From Candidatus Latescibacterota bacterium (GTDB lineage Bacteria; Latescibacterota; UBA2968): DNA of 64,000 bases. Within the stretch, counting starts at the first letter, position 1, and every line of letters begins with the position of its first letter. A program made the position numbers and the translations under genes. Below are positions 20,581 through 31,857 of this stretch, in pieces. The stretch is taken from contig OZ242311.1 in NCBI GenBank assembly GCA_965207885.1, positions 5,984,001 to 6,048,000 on the forward strand. Direction: 5' to 3'. The notes beneath the pieces were generated by a model. The model searched no databases. It saw only the letters and a list, made by a program, of their open reading frames with translations, and had not been told where the DNA came from.

Positions 20581-21370
20581 GAACACCTCCTTGTTTCAGG
20601 GTGTCTAAAAATCGACCGTATCCTTCGTTGCCCAACCAATATTTGAGCATGCTGTCTAATCCCCGCGTGGTGATGGTCGCCCCCGAGAGGCCATCGACCT
20701 GATATTTTGCTTTTACACTTTTGGGATTTACCTGGCCTTTGATTACGGAGATGGCGACATTGCCCGCATCGTCATAAGCCTGTTTGCCCGGCCATAATCC
20801 CTTCCATCTGGCGTTATCCACCTCGCCACCCAATCCCGGGGTTTCGCCGTGTTCGTAAAATGTGATGCCCTGAATGCTTTGCAGGTCATTGCCCAGAGAT
20901 ACAAAGCCGTAGAGCGTGGACCAGAGGCCATAGCCGTAGATGGGCAAGATAATGCGCTGCAATTTGTCGTTTTCCATCACTTTATAGACGAAGATGTATT
21001 TCGGACGGTTGCGAATATTTGCAATGTCTCTATCCGCATCAACAGAACGCCCAAAAGTGGGGTCGGCGGCCATTTTCTTTAAGTCATACGTATCTATGTC
21101 GATGCCAGCGGGATATTCTTCAGTGTTCAAGATCTGCCCCGTGTCCAGTTCAATAAGCAGTGGTACGACTTTATTTTCGTAAACGGACTGGACATCGACC
21201 GAGGGATCGTACAATCCACCCGCAATCAGAATATTTTTTACTTTGTCGAGGCGTTTGTTTTCTTTTTGGATATCGTGTAAGGACACAGCAGTCAGAGAAA
21301 CAAAAAGAGAACAGACGAGACAGAGGGCCACCGCAACAAAGATCGTTTTTTGGATGCTGTCATTCTGCAC
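20573..21370 (-). CDS. nqrC: Na+-NQR subunit C
   Basis: [27 protein letters not shown] site. Confidence 0.95.
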   Translation of the reverse strand: MQNDSIQKTIFVAVALCLVCSLFVSLTAVSLHDIQKENKRLDKVKNILIAGGLYDPSVDVQSVYENKVVPLLIELDTGQILNTEEYPAGIDIDTYDLKKMAADPTFGRSVDADRDIANIRNRPKYIFVYKVMENDKLQRIILPIYGYGLWSTLYGFVSLGNDLQSIQGITFYEHGETPGLGGEVDNARWKGLWPGKQAYDDAGNVAISVIKGQVNPKSVKAKYQVDGLSGATITTRGLDSMLKYWLGNEGYGRFLDTLKQGGVRG

Positions 21371-22559
21371 GGGCCAGTCTCCTTTGGATATTGCGGTTGA
21401 TAAAGACGCGGTCGATGATGGGCGCGAATACGTTGGCGAATAATATGGCCAGCATGATGCCTTCGGGATAGGCCGGGTTGGTCACGCGGATCAATACTGT
21501 CATGACGCCTATTAAGATGCCATAGATCCATTTGCCCTGGCGCGTCATGGTTGCGCTGACTGGATCGGTTGCCATAAATACCGTGCCAAATGCAAAGCCG
21601 CCGATGACAAAATGCCAGGCTGGAGATACGTTGAGTAGCGGATTGGTGGTGCTGCCGATCCAGTTGAAGAATAGTGCAGATACAATCATGCCGATGGTTA
21701 CACCGGCCATGATTTGCCACGAGCCAACGCGGGTTAATATCAAAACGCCTGCGCCCAATAAACAGCAAAGGGTTGAGGTTTCTCCCATGGATCCCGGAAT
21801 AAGACCGATAAAGGACTCCCACCATGTGTAATCCAGCTGGATATGGGTATCGGCATAGGCCGCCAATGGCGTTGCCTGGCTATATCCATCGACGGCGATC
21901 CAGACTGCATCGCCCGAGATTTGCGCGGGATAGGCAAAATAGAGAAATGCGCGGCCCGTGAGCGCGGGGTTTAAGAAGTTCATTCCCACGCCGCCGAAAA
22001 TTTCTTTGCCTATTACAACGCCAAAGATGATGCCTATGGCAACTTGCCACAGGGGTATCAGGGGCGGCATTGTGAGGGGGAATAGCGTGCTGGTGACGAG
22101 AAATCCCTCGTTGATCTCGTGTTTGCGGATGACTGCGAAGATGGCTTCGCAGATGCCGCCTGCGGCTATGGTTACGAGTTGTACGGGTACAAAATAAATG
22201 GCGCCTATCGCAAAACAACTGATTATATCGGAGGGCAGGAAAGACAAGCCCAGTGCCTGGGCGATCCAGATGTGCCAATCGCCAGTGCCGATTGCGCCGA
22301 TGTTTTGATAGGCCAGGCTCGCTTGCAAGCCCGTGTTGTACAGGGCGAATAAAATACAGGGTTGTAGCGAAAGGACGACTGTGATCATCATGCGCTTCAG
22401 GTCCATGCCGTCGCGCACATGGGCATCGGCCTGAGTGACTTCGCCGGGGGTATATAAAAATGTATCTCCGGCTTCGTAAAACGGATACAGTTTTTCGAGT
22501 TTGCCGCCTTCTTCGAAGTGTTCGGCCTGTTTGTCCAATAAATCGCGTAGGGGCTTCAC
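21360..22559 (-). CDS. nqrB: Na+-NQR subunit B
   Basis: [30 protein letters not shown] site, FMATDPVS. Confidence 0.95.
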   Translation of the reverse strand: MKPLRDLLDKQAEHFEEGGKLEKLYPFYEAGDTFLYTPGEVTQADAHVRDGMDLKRMMITVVLSLQPCILFALYNTGLQASLAYQNIGAIGTGDWHIWIAQALGLSFLPSDIISCFAIGAIYFVPVQLVTIAAGGICEAIFAVIRKHEINEGFLVTSTLFPLTMPPLIPLWQVAIGIIFGVVIGKEIFGGVGMNFLNPALTGRAFLYFAYPAQISGDAVWIAVDGYSQATPLAAYADTHIQLDYTWWESFIGLIPGSMGETSTLCCLLGAGVLILTRVGSWQIMAGVTIGMIVSALFFNWIGSTTNPLLNVSPAWHFVIGGFAFGTVFMATDPVSATMTRQGKWIYGILIGVMTVLIRVTNPAYPEGIMLAILFANVFAPIIDRVFINRNIQRRLARAE

Positions 22560-23911
22560 TATCCTTCCTTTTCAATTTCGGTGAGATTTTCGCGCAAAAT
22601 AGGTCCAAAGTCCATTTTTGATGAGCACGAAAATGTGCATAGTGATAGGTCTTCTTCCTCCAATTCCAGTATGCCGAGTTTTTCGGCGTCGTCGAGGTCG
22701 CGGGTCACGAGTGCCCGAATCAAAAAGTTGGGCAAGATGTCCAGCGGCATGACGTCGTCGTAATTGCCATGCGGCACGAGTGCGCGATGGCTGCCATTGG
22801 TGGAGGTGTTTAATTTGAGGCGTTGGCCAAAGAACATTTTGGACAGTGCCAGGTTCTTGATGGTGAAAAATTCGAATCCCGGCGTGATCCAGCCCAAAAA
22901 GGCGCGTTTGTTGCCTTCTTCCAGTGCGGTAATTTGCTGGTGATACCGCCCCAAAAAGGCGCGGGTTTCATCTGCTTTGCGCCCGGAGAGAACAGAGCCG
23001 CTGATGATTCGGTTTTCGACGTTTTCGAGTTCGCCTTCTATCAGGTCTATTATTGAAGCTCCCAGACGGGTGCGGATCAATTTGGGGTGTTTCACGGTGG
23101 GGCCGCTCAGAGCGACTATGCGTTCGGTCATAATCCGCCCGGTTGTGAACAGATACCCCCATGCTATGACGTCCTGAAGGCCGATGTGCCAGACTGTTTT
23201 GTTGCGGTGAACGGGGTCTAAGAAGTGGATGTGCGTGCCGACCAATCCAGCGGGGTGCGGTCCAGTAAATTCTTCGATCTGTACGCGGTCGTCGTCGATT
23301 TCGGGCAGGTCCAACTCCGGGTCTCTGCAGAGAAAGATCGTCCCATCTACGAGTTTTGAGATGATTTTCAAGCCCAATGCGAGATTTTTTTCCTGTCCAG
23401 CCAATACACGCGCCATGTCAGGGGATAGGGGGTTGGTATCCATCGCGTTGACAAAGATGGATCGGGGTTCTGTCGCGGGGTCGGCTACCTTGCCAAATGG
23501 CCGCGCTCTCAAGGCGGTCCACTGTCCCGATGAGATGAGTTGTTCTTTGACTGTTTCCCGGTCCAGGTTGTCGATTTCGTCTGCTCGATGGGATTCAAAG
23601 GTAACTTCATCGTTGCCTTCCAGGCGGATGACCGTTGATAAGAAGGCGCGTTTTATTCCCCGGTTTATGGAGATTACTTCGCCTGCACCGGGTGAGGTGT
23701 AAAGAACACCTTCCATTTTTTTGTCGGTGAACAATACATCGCCGAGTTTGACGCGGTCTCCCACTTGAGCCACGATTGTGGGACGCATGCCCACATAATC
23801 TTCACCTGAGAGTGCTACGGTCTGGACTGGCTTGCCATTTTGTACTGTGGATTGATCGGGTACGCCGCTAATGGGAAGGTCGAGTCCTTGTTTAATTTTT
23901 GTCAATGCCAT
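22559..23911 (-). CDS. nqrA: Na+-NQR subunit A
   Basis: [34 protein letters not shown]. Confidence 0.95.
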   Translation of the reverse strand: MALTKIKQGLDLPISGVPDQSTVQNGKPVQTVALSGEDYVGMRPTIVAQVGDRVKLGDVLFTDKKMEGVLYTSPGAGEVISINRGIKRAFLSTVIRLEGNDEVTFESHRADEIDNLDRETVKEQLISSGQWTALRARPFGKVADPATEPRSIFVNAMDTNPLSPDMARVLAGQEKNLALGLKIISKLVDGTIFLCRDPELDLPEIDDDRVQIEEFTGPHPAGLVGTHIHFLDPVHRNKTVWHIGLQDVIAWGYLFTTGRIMTERIVALSGPTVKHPKLIRTRLGASIIDLIEGELENVENRIISGSVLSGRKADETRAFLGRYHQQITALEEGNKRAFLGWITPGFEFFTIKNLALSKMFFGQRLKLNTSTNGSHRALVPHGNYDDVMPLDILPNFLIRALVTRDLDDAEKLGILELEEEDLSLCTFSCSSKMDFGPILRENLTEIEKEG

Positions 23912-24326
23912 TATGGTCCTCAATTTTTCCAATAAAAAAAGCAACCACAACTGTCAAATAGCCTTAATAAACAAGGGGGAGGACAGACAGTGCAGTTGCT
24001 ATTTTGCAGGTGCTATGAGCACCTGCATGCATTGGAAACAAATCCATCGTAATCCAGATAAAGAACAGATGTGTTGTTCAAAAATGCAATAGTTTTCTTG
24101 TTTGCGAATAAATTTATTATAAGCGTTTTTAATTGTCAAGCAAAAGGCGTTGTGTCAGGGGAAATAAATTGTGTGAGGGTTTTCATGGTACAGGAAGGGA
24201 ACCCGTATGTTCCCCAATTCGTTATAAAGTTCAATAGAAGATTTGCACTTGTGCAAATGGGGCGAATAGGGTATTTATGAGAGCGGTGGGAAGATTCTCG
24301 AAAACTTTTACAGACATGGATGCGAT

Positions 24327-26672
24327 GTGAAACACACGATACTCAATTTGTGGATTATTTTGTTTCTGATATTACCTGGGCGGGCGACTTCAGAGGTGGT
24401 GGATTCGCTGTCTGTTTTGGAAGAGGCTGTGAAAGTTGCGCCAAAAGATGGCGATGCATGGGTTGTGTTGGGCAATTTGTATCTCAATGCTGGGGAGATT
24501 GAGAAGGCTGATAATGCATTTCGCAAAGGGATTCGGTATGCCGGGACGGCAGAAGCTTATGTGGGGTTGGGGCGGGCGTATATGGCGCGGGGACGGACGC
24601 GGGCGCGACAGGGGTTGCCGTATTTTCGGATGGCGCGGGCAAAGGATCCGAAGTCGATAGATGCCGAGTTGTATCTGGCGCGGGCAAAGGTGATGCTGCG
24701 CGATCTGGATGCTGAGGATGCGTTTCGCCGAGTGATTGCAATAGCACCGGATTACGCGCCGGTGTATCTGGAATTGGCGAATTGGTATGTGAATAACAAT
24801 TATGAAATGTATTACGGCGAGATTCGCCTGCTGTACGAAAAGTATCTGAGACTGAGGCCGGGTGATGTCGAGGCGCTCTACGGATTGGCGGTGTCTTATA
24901 CGGAGGAGCACGAGTATCGGAATGTAGTCGAGATTGGCGAGACGGCGTTGGCGAAGAATCCGGGTGAAGCGCGATTGTTGGCGCTGCTTGCACAAGCTTA
25001 TGCAGGTCTGGGTGATCCGGATCGGGCGTTGGCGTTGTTCGCGCAGTATTTCGATGTGATTCCGGCAGAAGAACGGGTGCTTTACAAAGATTTGCAGTTG
25101 GTGGCAAGGCCGGAGGAGTTGCAAGAATATGAATTGCTGCCAGAAGATGAGCGCGCCGCGTTTTTGACGACGTTTTGGCGCAAGCGCGATTTGACCCTGA
25201 TATCGGGTGGTCTTGCGCGAGAGGCAGAGCACTATCGTCGGGTGTGGTTCGCGCGGACGCATTTTGCAAAAGCCGTGCAGCCGTGGGACAGGCGCGGCGA
25301 GGTGTATATTCGGTATGGAGAGCCGGATTATCGGTCGCGTTCACACGCGCCCAATGCGGTGCCGAGTGCCGAGGCTGAGGCGGTGAAGGAGCGATTGGCT
25401 CTGGATATTGAGGGTGATTTTGTGGCGTCGGGTGAAATGACTGCGGAGTCGTTTTTTGGCGGTGTGGAGGATGAACAGCCAGTTGGGGATTACGAGGGTG
25501 TTAATCTAATTGAACCGGTTTATCCCGTGACTTTTAACGAGCGGTCAATGCCGTGGGAGTCGTGGATTTACACGCAAGTTGGCGGTGGTGTGGAGTTTGT
25601 GTTTGTGGATGAGTTGCTCAATGGCAAGTGGCAGTTTCCCCCGCTGCCAGATGGTACGCGTATGTCGGGCGAGCGGTTGTCCGCGCTTTTGCGAATCCAT
25701 CCGGGCGCGGTGTTGAACGATGTGGTGGCTTCCACACCGGAGTATTTTGATTTGCCGCCGGGGATTGAACCGCTGGCGTTTTATTACGATGTGGCGCGCT
25801 TTAGAGGAGAAGAGGGCAAGACCGGGGTCGAGGTGTATTACGGGGTGCCGACGCTGGAGGTGGGTATTGAGAATGAGAACGGGCATGTGCGCCGTTCAGT
25901 GGTGATTTCAGACGATGAGGGTGAGGAGGTGTTTCGGACGCGGGATGATTTGTATTTTGGGGGTATTGATTCCGGGCAGTTGAAGAGAGGGACATTTGTG
26001 CCCGATGTGGCTTATCTGGAAGTGCCACCTGGTACCTATCGCATGGCGGTGCATTTGGCTGATGTAAATTCGGGTAAGTGGGGGGTTTATGTGCAGGATC
26101 TGGAAGCGCCGGTATTTTCCGATTCACTGGCGATGAGCGATCTGGAACTGGCGTGGTCCATTGGTGATGAGGAGAGGTTTCACGACAAGTACCTCAAGGG
26201 CGATGTGTGGGTGATGCCCATGCCGTCGCGCAGTTTTGTGAATGATCGCAGTGTGTTCGTTTATTACGAGGTCTATAATTTGCAACGCGATGAATTTGGG
26301 CAGACGCGATACAAGGTGTCCTATACGATCCAGCAGGATGTGCGGTCGGGGTCTTCGATTTTTGGGCTGTTGAGTGGGGGATTCAAAAGATTGATGGCGA
26401 GGGGTAGAAAGCCACAGGTGGCGGTGAGTTATGAGCATGTGGGGCGAGATGTGTGGGAGCCGATCCATCTGGAGCTGGATTCAAAGAAGATGATCCTGGG
26501 CCTCAATCAGGTTGAGGTTGAAGTGACGGATTTGTCGAGTGGTCAATCTGTGAAGCGCGAGGCTATTTTTAGATTGGAATCACCGCCAGTGGCCGAGAGA
26601 CAACGGCGAATTCAGGGCGATGATGTGCGACAGGGCAGGCGCGGGAGACGGGGGGTGAACGATGAGAGGTGA
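24327..26672 (+). CDS. Secreted TPR + GWxTD-like domain protein
   Basis: Signal peptide, TPRs, FWRKRD...EHYRR...PWDRRGEVYIRYGEPD. Confidence 0.8.
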   Translation: MKHTILNLWIILFLILPGRATSEVVDSLSVLEEAVKVAPKDGDAWVVLGNLYLNAGEIEKADNAFRKGIRYAGTAEAYVGLGRAYMARGRTRARQGLPYFRMARAKDPKSIDAELYLARAKVMLRDLDAEDAFRRVIAIAPDYAPVYLELANWYVNNNYEMYYGEIRLLYEKYLRLRPGDVEALYGLAVSYTEEHEYRNVVEIGETALAKNPGEARLLALLAQAYAGLGDPDRALALFAQYFDVIPAEERVLYKDLQLVARPEELQEYELLPEDERAAFLTTFWRKRDLTLISGGLAREAEHYRRVWFARTHFAKAVQPWDRRGEVYIRYGEPDYRSRSHAPNAVPSAEAEAVKERLALDIEGDFVASGEMTAESFFGGVEDEQPVGDYEGVNLIEPVYPVTFNERSMPWESWIYTQVGGGVEFVFVDELLNGKWQFPPLPDGTRMSGERLSALLRIHPGAVLNDVVASTPEYFDLPPGIEPLAFYYDVARFRGEEGKTGVEVYYGVPTLEVGIENENGHVRRSVVISDDEGEEVFRTRDDLYFGGIDSGQLKRGTFVPDVAYLEVPPGTYRMAVHLADVNSGKWGVYVQDLEAPVFSDSLAMSDLELAWSIGDEERFHDKYLKGDVWVMPMPSRSFVNDRSVFVYYEVYNLQRDEFGQTRYKVSYTIQQDVRSGSSIFGLLSGGFKRLMARGRKPQVAVSYEHVGRDVWEPIHLELDSKKMILGLNQVEVEVTDLSSGQSVKREAIFRLESPPVAERQRRIQGDDVRQGRRGRRGVNDER

Positions 26673-26691
26673 AGTTTTAGAGAAAAGCGAG

Positions 26692-26723
26692 AGGCGATCA
26701 CATAATTGTGATCGCCTTTTTTT
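26692..26723. terminator. Intrinsic terminator between convergent genes
   Basis: AGGCGATCACA-taat-TGTGATCGCCT followed by a T-run. Confidence 0.75.
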
Positions 26724-27963
26724 ATGTGCCGGATGGTGTCCATCCCAGATCGCCGAACTGTCGGGAGGTCAGAGCGCGAATTTCACGGGCGCGGGCGAGG
26801 GTTTCGTCGCGTTCTTCCCGAAGGGATTCGGGACGATAGACTTTGCCAGCCCGGATGGTGAGTACGGGATGGATGTTTTTGCGACCGATTTCCAAATTGT
26901 CTCTGACGTCGTGAAATTGGAATTCGCCTTCGCGGATTTCAAAGGCCGATAGGTCTGCGACGGTGCCGATTTTGAGGGTGCCCAGATGCTCGCTTCTGCC
27001 AATGGCGGCTGCAGCTGCGGTGGTGGTTTGGCGGATGATGTCGGGGAGTTCGATACCCAGATTGAGCAGTTTAGAGGCGGTTTCTGGGAGACTATAGACG
27101 GGATCGTTGATTGAACCGGAGTGGATGTCGGTGCTGATGACGTCGGGGAGAAAGTCCTGGGCGAGGGCTTTTTTGGCGGTTTCAAAAAGGAAACTGCCGC
27201 CGCCATGACCGACGTCGAAGAGAATTCCCTGCTGGCGGGCATGGTGGACTTCGGGGCGGATGATGTGCTGGCGGTTTAAAATGGTGTCGCCAATGGTGGC
27301 GTCTCCGTCTCCGCGATAGCAGTGGGTGACGATGTCGCCCGGGCGCAGTTCGGCCAGGATGTCGGAGAGGGCGATGCCAGCACCCATGTGGACCATGACG
27401 GGGGTGTGGGACATGTCGGCGGCTTGAACGGCCAATTGTAAGGGGACGATACCGTTTTCTCCGGTGATGGTTTTGCTGATGCGTACTTTGACGCCTACGC
27501 AGGTTTCGGGATAGGTGTGGACGACGTAGGCGGTGCGTTCGGGGTCGGCATATTTGATGTCGGTCATTTCTCCAATGGGGCCGTAGGTAAGACCGATGCC
27601 GCTGATGTGGACAAAGGTGAGAATCTGGGTGCGGGCAGGAGTGGCGATGAAGTCGCGGAAGGCGAGGAAATTGGCCCAGCCGGGGCTGCCAGCGTCAACG
27701 ATGGTGGTGACGCCGGTGGCGAGACAGAGGGCATCGGCTTGAATGCCCCAGGTGGTCGCGCCGGCAAAAACATGGGCATGGATATCGATCCAGCCAGGGG
27801 TGAGGATTTTGCCGGTAAGGTCCAGGGTTTCTCTGGCGGGATCGGTGATGGATTCGGAGAGGGCGGCAATGGTGGCGTTTTGGATGGCGACATCGCGGAT
27901 GGCGTTGAGGTTTTGGGAGGGATCAATGACGGTGGCGTTTTTCAGGAGGAGGTCGTAGGGCAT
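26722..27963 (-). CDS. Amidohydrolase/deacetylase family metallohydrolase (dihydroorotase-like)
   Basis: PGWIDIHAH, GVTTIVDAGS, DVGHGGGSF, ISTDIH. Confidence 0.85.
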   Translation of the reverse strand: MPYDLLLKNATVIDPSQNLNAIRDVAIQNATIAALSESITDPARETLDLTGKILTPGWIDIHAHVFAGATTWGIQADALCLATGVTTIVDAGSPGWANFLAFRDFIATPARTQILTFVHISGIGLTYGPIGEMTDIKYADPERTAYVVHTYPETCVGVKVRISKTITGENGIVPLQLAVQAADMSHTPVMVHMGAGIALSDILAELRPGDIVTHCYRGDGDATIGDTILNRQHIIRPEVHHARQQGILFDVGHGGGSFLFETAKKALAQDFLPDVISTDIHSGSINDPVYSLPETASKLLNLGIELPDIIRQTTTAAAAAIGRSEHLGTLKIGTVADLSAFEIREGEFQFHDVRDNLEIGRKNIHPVLTIRAGKVYRPESLREERDETLARAREIRALTSRQFGDLGWTPSGT

Positions 27964-27976
27964 GAGGGTATTCCTC

Positions 27977-28672
27977 TTACTTCAAGTGCCGGTCGAAAAA
28001 TTCAATGGTTCTGGGCCAGGATGTGCGGTCGCCTGCTTCGTTGTAGCGAGAGCCGGTAAAGTCCATGAAAGCGTGGCCAGCGTTGGGGTAAGCGAAGAAT
28101 TCGTGTTCTTTGTTGTGGCGGGTGAGTTCGGCGTCGAGGGTTTTCATGTCTTCGGGGGATGGGTTCTGGTCTGCTTCGCCAAAATGGAACAGGAGCGGGC
28201 AGGCAATGTCGGCGGTTCGCTCGAAAGGAGATGGGATGTTTTCGCCCAGGGCGGTCATCGTGTTGCCACCGTAATAGGCAACAGCGGCTTTGAAGCCGGG
28301 GATGGCGGCGGCCATAAGATAGGCTACGCGGCCGCCCATGCAAAAGCCAGTGATGCCAAGGGCGTTGTTATCGACCCCGGGATGGTCGTTCAGGAAAGCA
28401 ACGGTGGCTTCGATGTCGGCGATCATTTCCAAGTCTTTGAGGATGCCTGGACTTCGCGTGTCATTGATGCCCAGGCGGTGGTAGAGGTCGGGTGCTGCGG
28501 CGACATAGCCAGCCTCTGAGAGACGGTCGCACATGGCGTGAATGAAGGCATCGGTGCCACCGGCATGCATGCCGACGACGACACCGGGAAAGGGACTGTC
28601 GCCATCGGGGAGGGAGAGATAGAGGCCCATGTTTTGGTCGTTAACGGGGATGGTTTCTGTGAAGGCTGGCAT
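27977..28672 (-). CDS. Dienelactone hydrolase family
   Basis: GFCMGG nucleophile elbow, AGHAF. Confidence 0.9.
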   Translation of the reverse strand: MPAFTETIPVNDQNMGLYLSLPDGDSPFPGVVVGMHAGGTDAFIHAMCDRLSEAGYVAAAPDLYHRLGINDTRSPGILKDLEMIADIEATVAFLNDHPGVDNNALGITGFCMGGRVAYLMAAAIPGFKAAVAYYGGNTMTALGENIPSPFERTADIACPLLFHFGEADQNPSPEDMKTLDAELTRHNKEHEFFAYPNAGHAFMDFTGSRYNEAGDRTSWPRTIEFFDRHLK

Positions 28673-28696
28673 TGGGAGTCTCCTTTTTTGTTGTGT

Positions 28697-29611
28697 TTAG
28701 CCCCTGCGATCGCTCCAGATATTGTCGGCGTCGATGGGTTCTTCTGTATAGACAATGCCCTGATCGTCAATGCCCAGGACGGGCAGTTCTTCGTGATAAT
28801 TGGAATAAGGTCCCCACATGACTGCGAGTTGCTCAGGTGTCATGCCGTCGGTGATTGACTGATCCCAATAATTTTTGGGCGGTGCAACTTCTTCTGCGGT
28901 TCCCTGCCGGGCAGACGTTCTGCTGGTGTATTTGTAGAGTATGGATCGGCGCTGGTGTTCTGCTTGCCAGGGCAAGGTGCCGTGCGTTTGCGCGCCGTCC
29001 ATGAAAAAGAGGACATCTCCCGCTTTCATGGCGGGTTGAACGAGTACGTCCCTGTCGCTTTTGAAGTATTTGAGGTCTTCGGGTATGATGTATTTGGATT
29101 TGTGTGATCCCGGTACGGCGACAAATCCGCCATCGCCTTTGCCGACGTCTGATAGTTGATAGGAGACCGTGACGCCGCCGCAGTGCATTTCGCCGTTTTG
29201 ATTGCGATAGGCCACATAGGGTTTGTGGCGGTCGCCCGATCCGTGCAGCCGGAGGCCATCTACGCCTTTGACGTGACCGATTAACTCGGGGCCGTGGTCG
29301 AGACGGAAGCCTCGGCCACACATTCTGTTGAGGCGAGATACGATCTGGGGATGGACGAGCATTTTTCTGAAGGGATCGGAATACGGCGAAGGCATTTCCA
29401 GGAAATAGGGATGCTTGTTGCTGGTTCTGACGACTGTGGTTGCCCGAACATCCGGCCTTCCGGGCAGGTTGTCAGAGTCCTGGATTTTTAAAATTTCCCG
29501 GGTGTAATAATCGATGGCTTCATTTGCTTCTGCGATTTCATCGGGGCTGAGTACTTGAGGTACGACGAGATGCCCGGTGAGGTCCCAGAAGTATCTTTCT
29601 TTTGCGTCCAT
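28697..29611 (-). CDS. Phytanoyl-CoA dioxygenase (PhyH) family
   Basis: GGFVAVPGSHK, KAGDVLFF, HGTLPW; TTG start. Confidence 0.85.
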   Translation of the reverse strand: MDAKERYFWDLTGHLVVPQVLSPDEIAEANEAIDYYTREILKIQDSDNLPGRPDVRATTVVRTSNKHPYFLEMPSPYSDPFRKMLVHPQIVSRLNRMCGRGFRLDHGPELIGHVKGVDGLRLHGSGDRHKPYVAYRNQNGEMHCGGVTVSYQLSDVGKGDGGFVAVPGSHKSKYIIPEDLKYFKSDRDVLVQPAMKAGDVLFFMDGAQTHGTLPWQAEHQRRSILYKYTSRTSARQGTAEEVAPPKNYWDQSITDGMTPEQLAVMWGPYSNYHEELPVLGIDDQGIVYTEEPIDADNIWSDRRG

Positions 29612-29660
29612 TGCGGGTTTCCTCGCGTTTTTATTCTGGAAGTAGAGTCCGTAATGAACT

Positions 29661-30641
29661 TCAAAAATGTTTAAAATTCAAGATAAAAAAGCGGTCAGTG
29701 TTTTGTATCCGTTGTTTTGCCAGCGCGACTGCGCCGAGAAGTACAGAGCGGTTTTTGAGTTTGGCAGGGGCGATTCTAAGGCTTGGACGGTGAACCGGCA
29801 TGAGGAATCGAAGGGTTTCTCTTCGCAGCGATTCAAATAGGATGCGTCCTGCGTTTGAGACGCCGCCTCCGATGACGATGACGTCGGGGGCGAATGCGTT
29901 TACGGCCATTGCCAGACCCTGTCCGAGGTCGGTGCAGATTTCATCGACGAGTGCTCTGGCATAAGGGTCTCCAGAACGCGCGGTGTCGAATAGGGTTTTG
30001 GCTGTGATGGGGTTGTTGTTTGCGGTTCGCGCGATTGCGATGCCTTTGCGTGGATGTTTTTGCACCGCTTCTGTTGCGCGCTTGCCGATGGCAGTGCCAG
30101 AGCACAGGGCTTCGAGGCAGCCGCGATTGCCGCAGTCGCATTGGGGCCCGTCGCGCAAGATAGGGACATGTCCGAGTTCGCCGGCATATCCGTTGCCACC
30201 GCGGTAGATTTCGCCGTTGATGATGATACCCCCACCAATGCCGGTGCTGACCGTGTAGTAGATGATGTGACGACTGTTTTTGCCCGCGCCAAAAGTAAAT
30301 TCTCCCAGTGCGCCCACGTTGGCGTCGTTGTCGATTATTGCGGGTAAGCCGAGGTGTTTTTCGACAATTTCCGGCAGTGGGCAATCGTCCCATCCGACGA
30401 CGTGGGTGGAGTTGACGATGCGCTGTGTGTCGAAGTTGACGGGGCCACCAAATCCAATGCCGCAGGCCGATACGGATGATTGTGCGATCAGTGTTTTGCT
30501 TGCTGCGAGTATGCGGTCAATTCTTTTGTCGGCGTGGTCTGCGCGATCTGTTTGGTGCTGGATGTGTTTGATGACGCGGCCGTCGGGCGTGGCAAGGGCC
30601 AGGCCAAATTGGGTGCCGCCGATGTCAATGGCGAGGATCAC
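29661..30641 (-). CDS. ROK family sugar kinase
   Basis: IDIGGT, DNDAN, GIGGG, ELGH, CDCGNRGCLE; GTG start coupled to the upstream stop. Confidence 0.9.
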   Translation of the reverse strand: MILAIDIGGTQFGLALATPDGRVIKHIQHQTDRADHADKRIDRILAASKTLIAQSSVSACGIGFGGPVNFDTQRIVNSTHVVGWDDCPLPEIVEKHLGLPAIIDNDANVGALGEFTFGAGKNSRHIIYYTVSTGIGGGIIINGEIYRGGNGYAGELGHVPILRDGPQCDCGNRGCLEALCSGTAIGKRATEAVQKHPRKGIAIARTANNNPITAKTLFDTARSGDPYARALVDEICTDLGQGLAMAVNAFAPDVIVIGGGVSNAGRILFESLRRETLRFLMPVHRPSLRIAPAKLKNRSVLLGAVALAKQRIQNTDRFFILNFKHF

Positions 30642-31843
30642 GGTGTGGCTCCAGATGGCAATAGCGTACGGCGCACGAGCAGGGCAATGACGCCTGAGAT
30701 GGCAATGGCTGTGACCATGGAGATGGATGAGGCGCTGTAAAACTGACTGAAGAGGGTGACAAATAATCCCGCTGTGCTCATTTGTATAAATCCCATGAGG
30801 GCGGAGGCGAGTCCGGCTTTTTCCGGATAGGGCACGATTGCGCCAGCCATTGCCTGGGGGCGCACCATACCGCCGCCTATTGTGAATAAACACATTGGGG
30901 CGATGATGGTGATGACCGAAAATACGCCCGCGAGTTTGAGTCCCAATAAAAGCATGCCCGCGCCTGCTGCGATCAGGCTGCCAATTTGAATGATGCGTGC
31001 GCTGCCGAGGCGATTGTTGAGGCGGCCAGATAAAAATGCGCCGATCATGAGTCCCACGGCGACCGATCCAAAACAGAAGCCGTAGAGTTGGGGCGAGACG
31101 CCCAGTTCGGTGATGAGTACAAAAGATGAGTTCGTGATAAAGGCAAACATGCCCCAGAATAGAATGGCGACCATAAAGGTATATCCGAGGTACTGGCGGC
31201 TGCTCAGGAGGTCGCGGTAATTGGCTATCATGCGCGTTGGATTCAGGGCTGTGGGGTCCATCATGTTATTTGTTTCGGGTACTGCCCACAGGTAGCCCAA
31301 AAAAAACAGAGTGCCCAGCGCGCTGAGTACGACAAAGACGGCTTGCCATCCAAAATAGGTTTGTAAGAATCCACCTATTATGGGGGCGAGTATGGGGGCG
31401 AGAGCAATGGCTGTGGCCATGTAGGACATTATTCTGGCGGCGTGGATTTCGCCGTATATGTCGCGTACTACAGCGCGGCTTACAGAAGGGCCACTGCCCC
31501 CTGCAAATCCCTGTAATACGCGAGCCAAAATGAGTGCGCCCACTGTGGGGGCAAATAGGCAGCCCAGGCCCGCGAGGGCGTAACAGGCCAGGCCGATGAG
31601 CAAGATGGGGCGGCGGCCAAATCGGTCAGAGAGGGGACCAAAGACGAGTTGTGCTGCGCCCAGTGCCATCAGGAATAGGGTGACGGCGGGCTGGATGTGG
31701 GTGGGTTGGGTTTGAAATTCCCGCACCATTGCCGGCATGGAGGGCAAAAACATGTCAATGGACAGGGGGGGCAGACCAGACAGGCCGGTTAGCAAGATGG
31801 GAATGAGGATGCGGGAGGTGGGAGATTGTCGTTCTGAACTCAA
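30638..31843 (-). CDS. Bcr/CflA family MFS efflux transporter
   Basis: SIDMFLPSMP, GPLSDRFGRRP; TTG start chosen. Confidence 0.9.
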   Translation of the reverse strand: MSSERQSPTSRILIPILLTGLSGLPPLSIDMFLPSMPAMVREFQTQPTHIQPAVTLFLMALGAAQLVFGPLSDRFGRRPILLIGLACYALAGLGCLFAPTVGALILARVLQGFAGGSGPSVSRAVVRDIYGEIHAARIMSYMATAIALAPILAPIIGGFLQTYFGWQAVFVVLSALGTLFFLGYLWAVPETNNMMDPTALNPTRMIANYRDLLSSRQYLGYTFMVAILFWGMFAFITNSSFVLITELGVSPQLYGFCFGSVAVGLMIGAFLSGRLNNRLGSARIIQIGSLIAAGAGMLLLGLKLAGVFSVITIIAPMCLFTIGGGMVRPQAMAGAIVPYPEKAGLASALMGFIQMSTAGLFVTLFSQFYSASSISMVTAIAISGVIALLVRRTLLPSGATP

Positions 31844-31857
31844 ATTATGCCCTTCCG

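Noticed and set aside
24390-25344. Long antisense ORFs (290 and 286 aa), and similar overlaps at 21880, 47203 and 52501
   Set aside because: Shadow frames of well-supported genes with biased composition.
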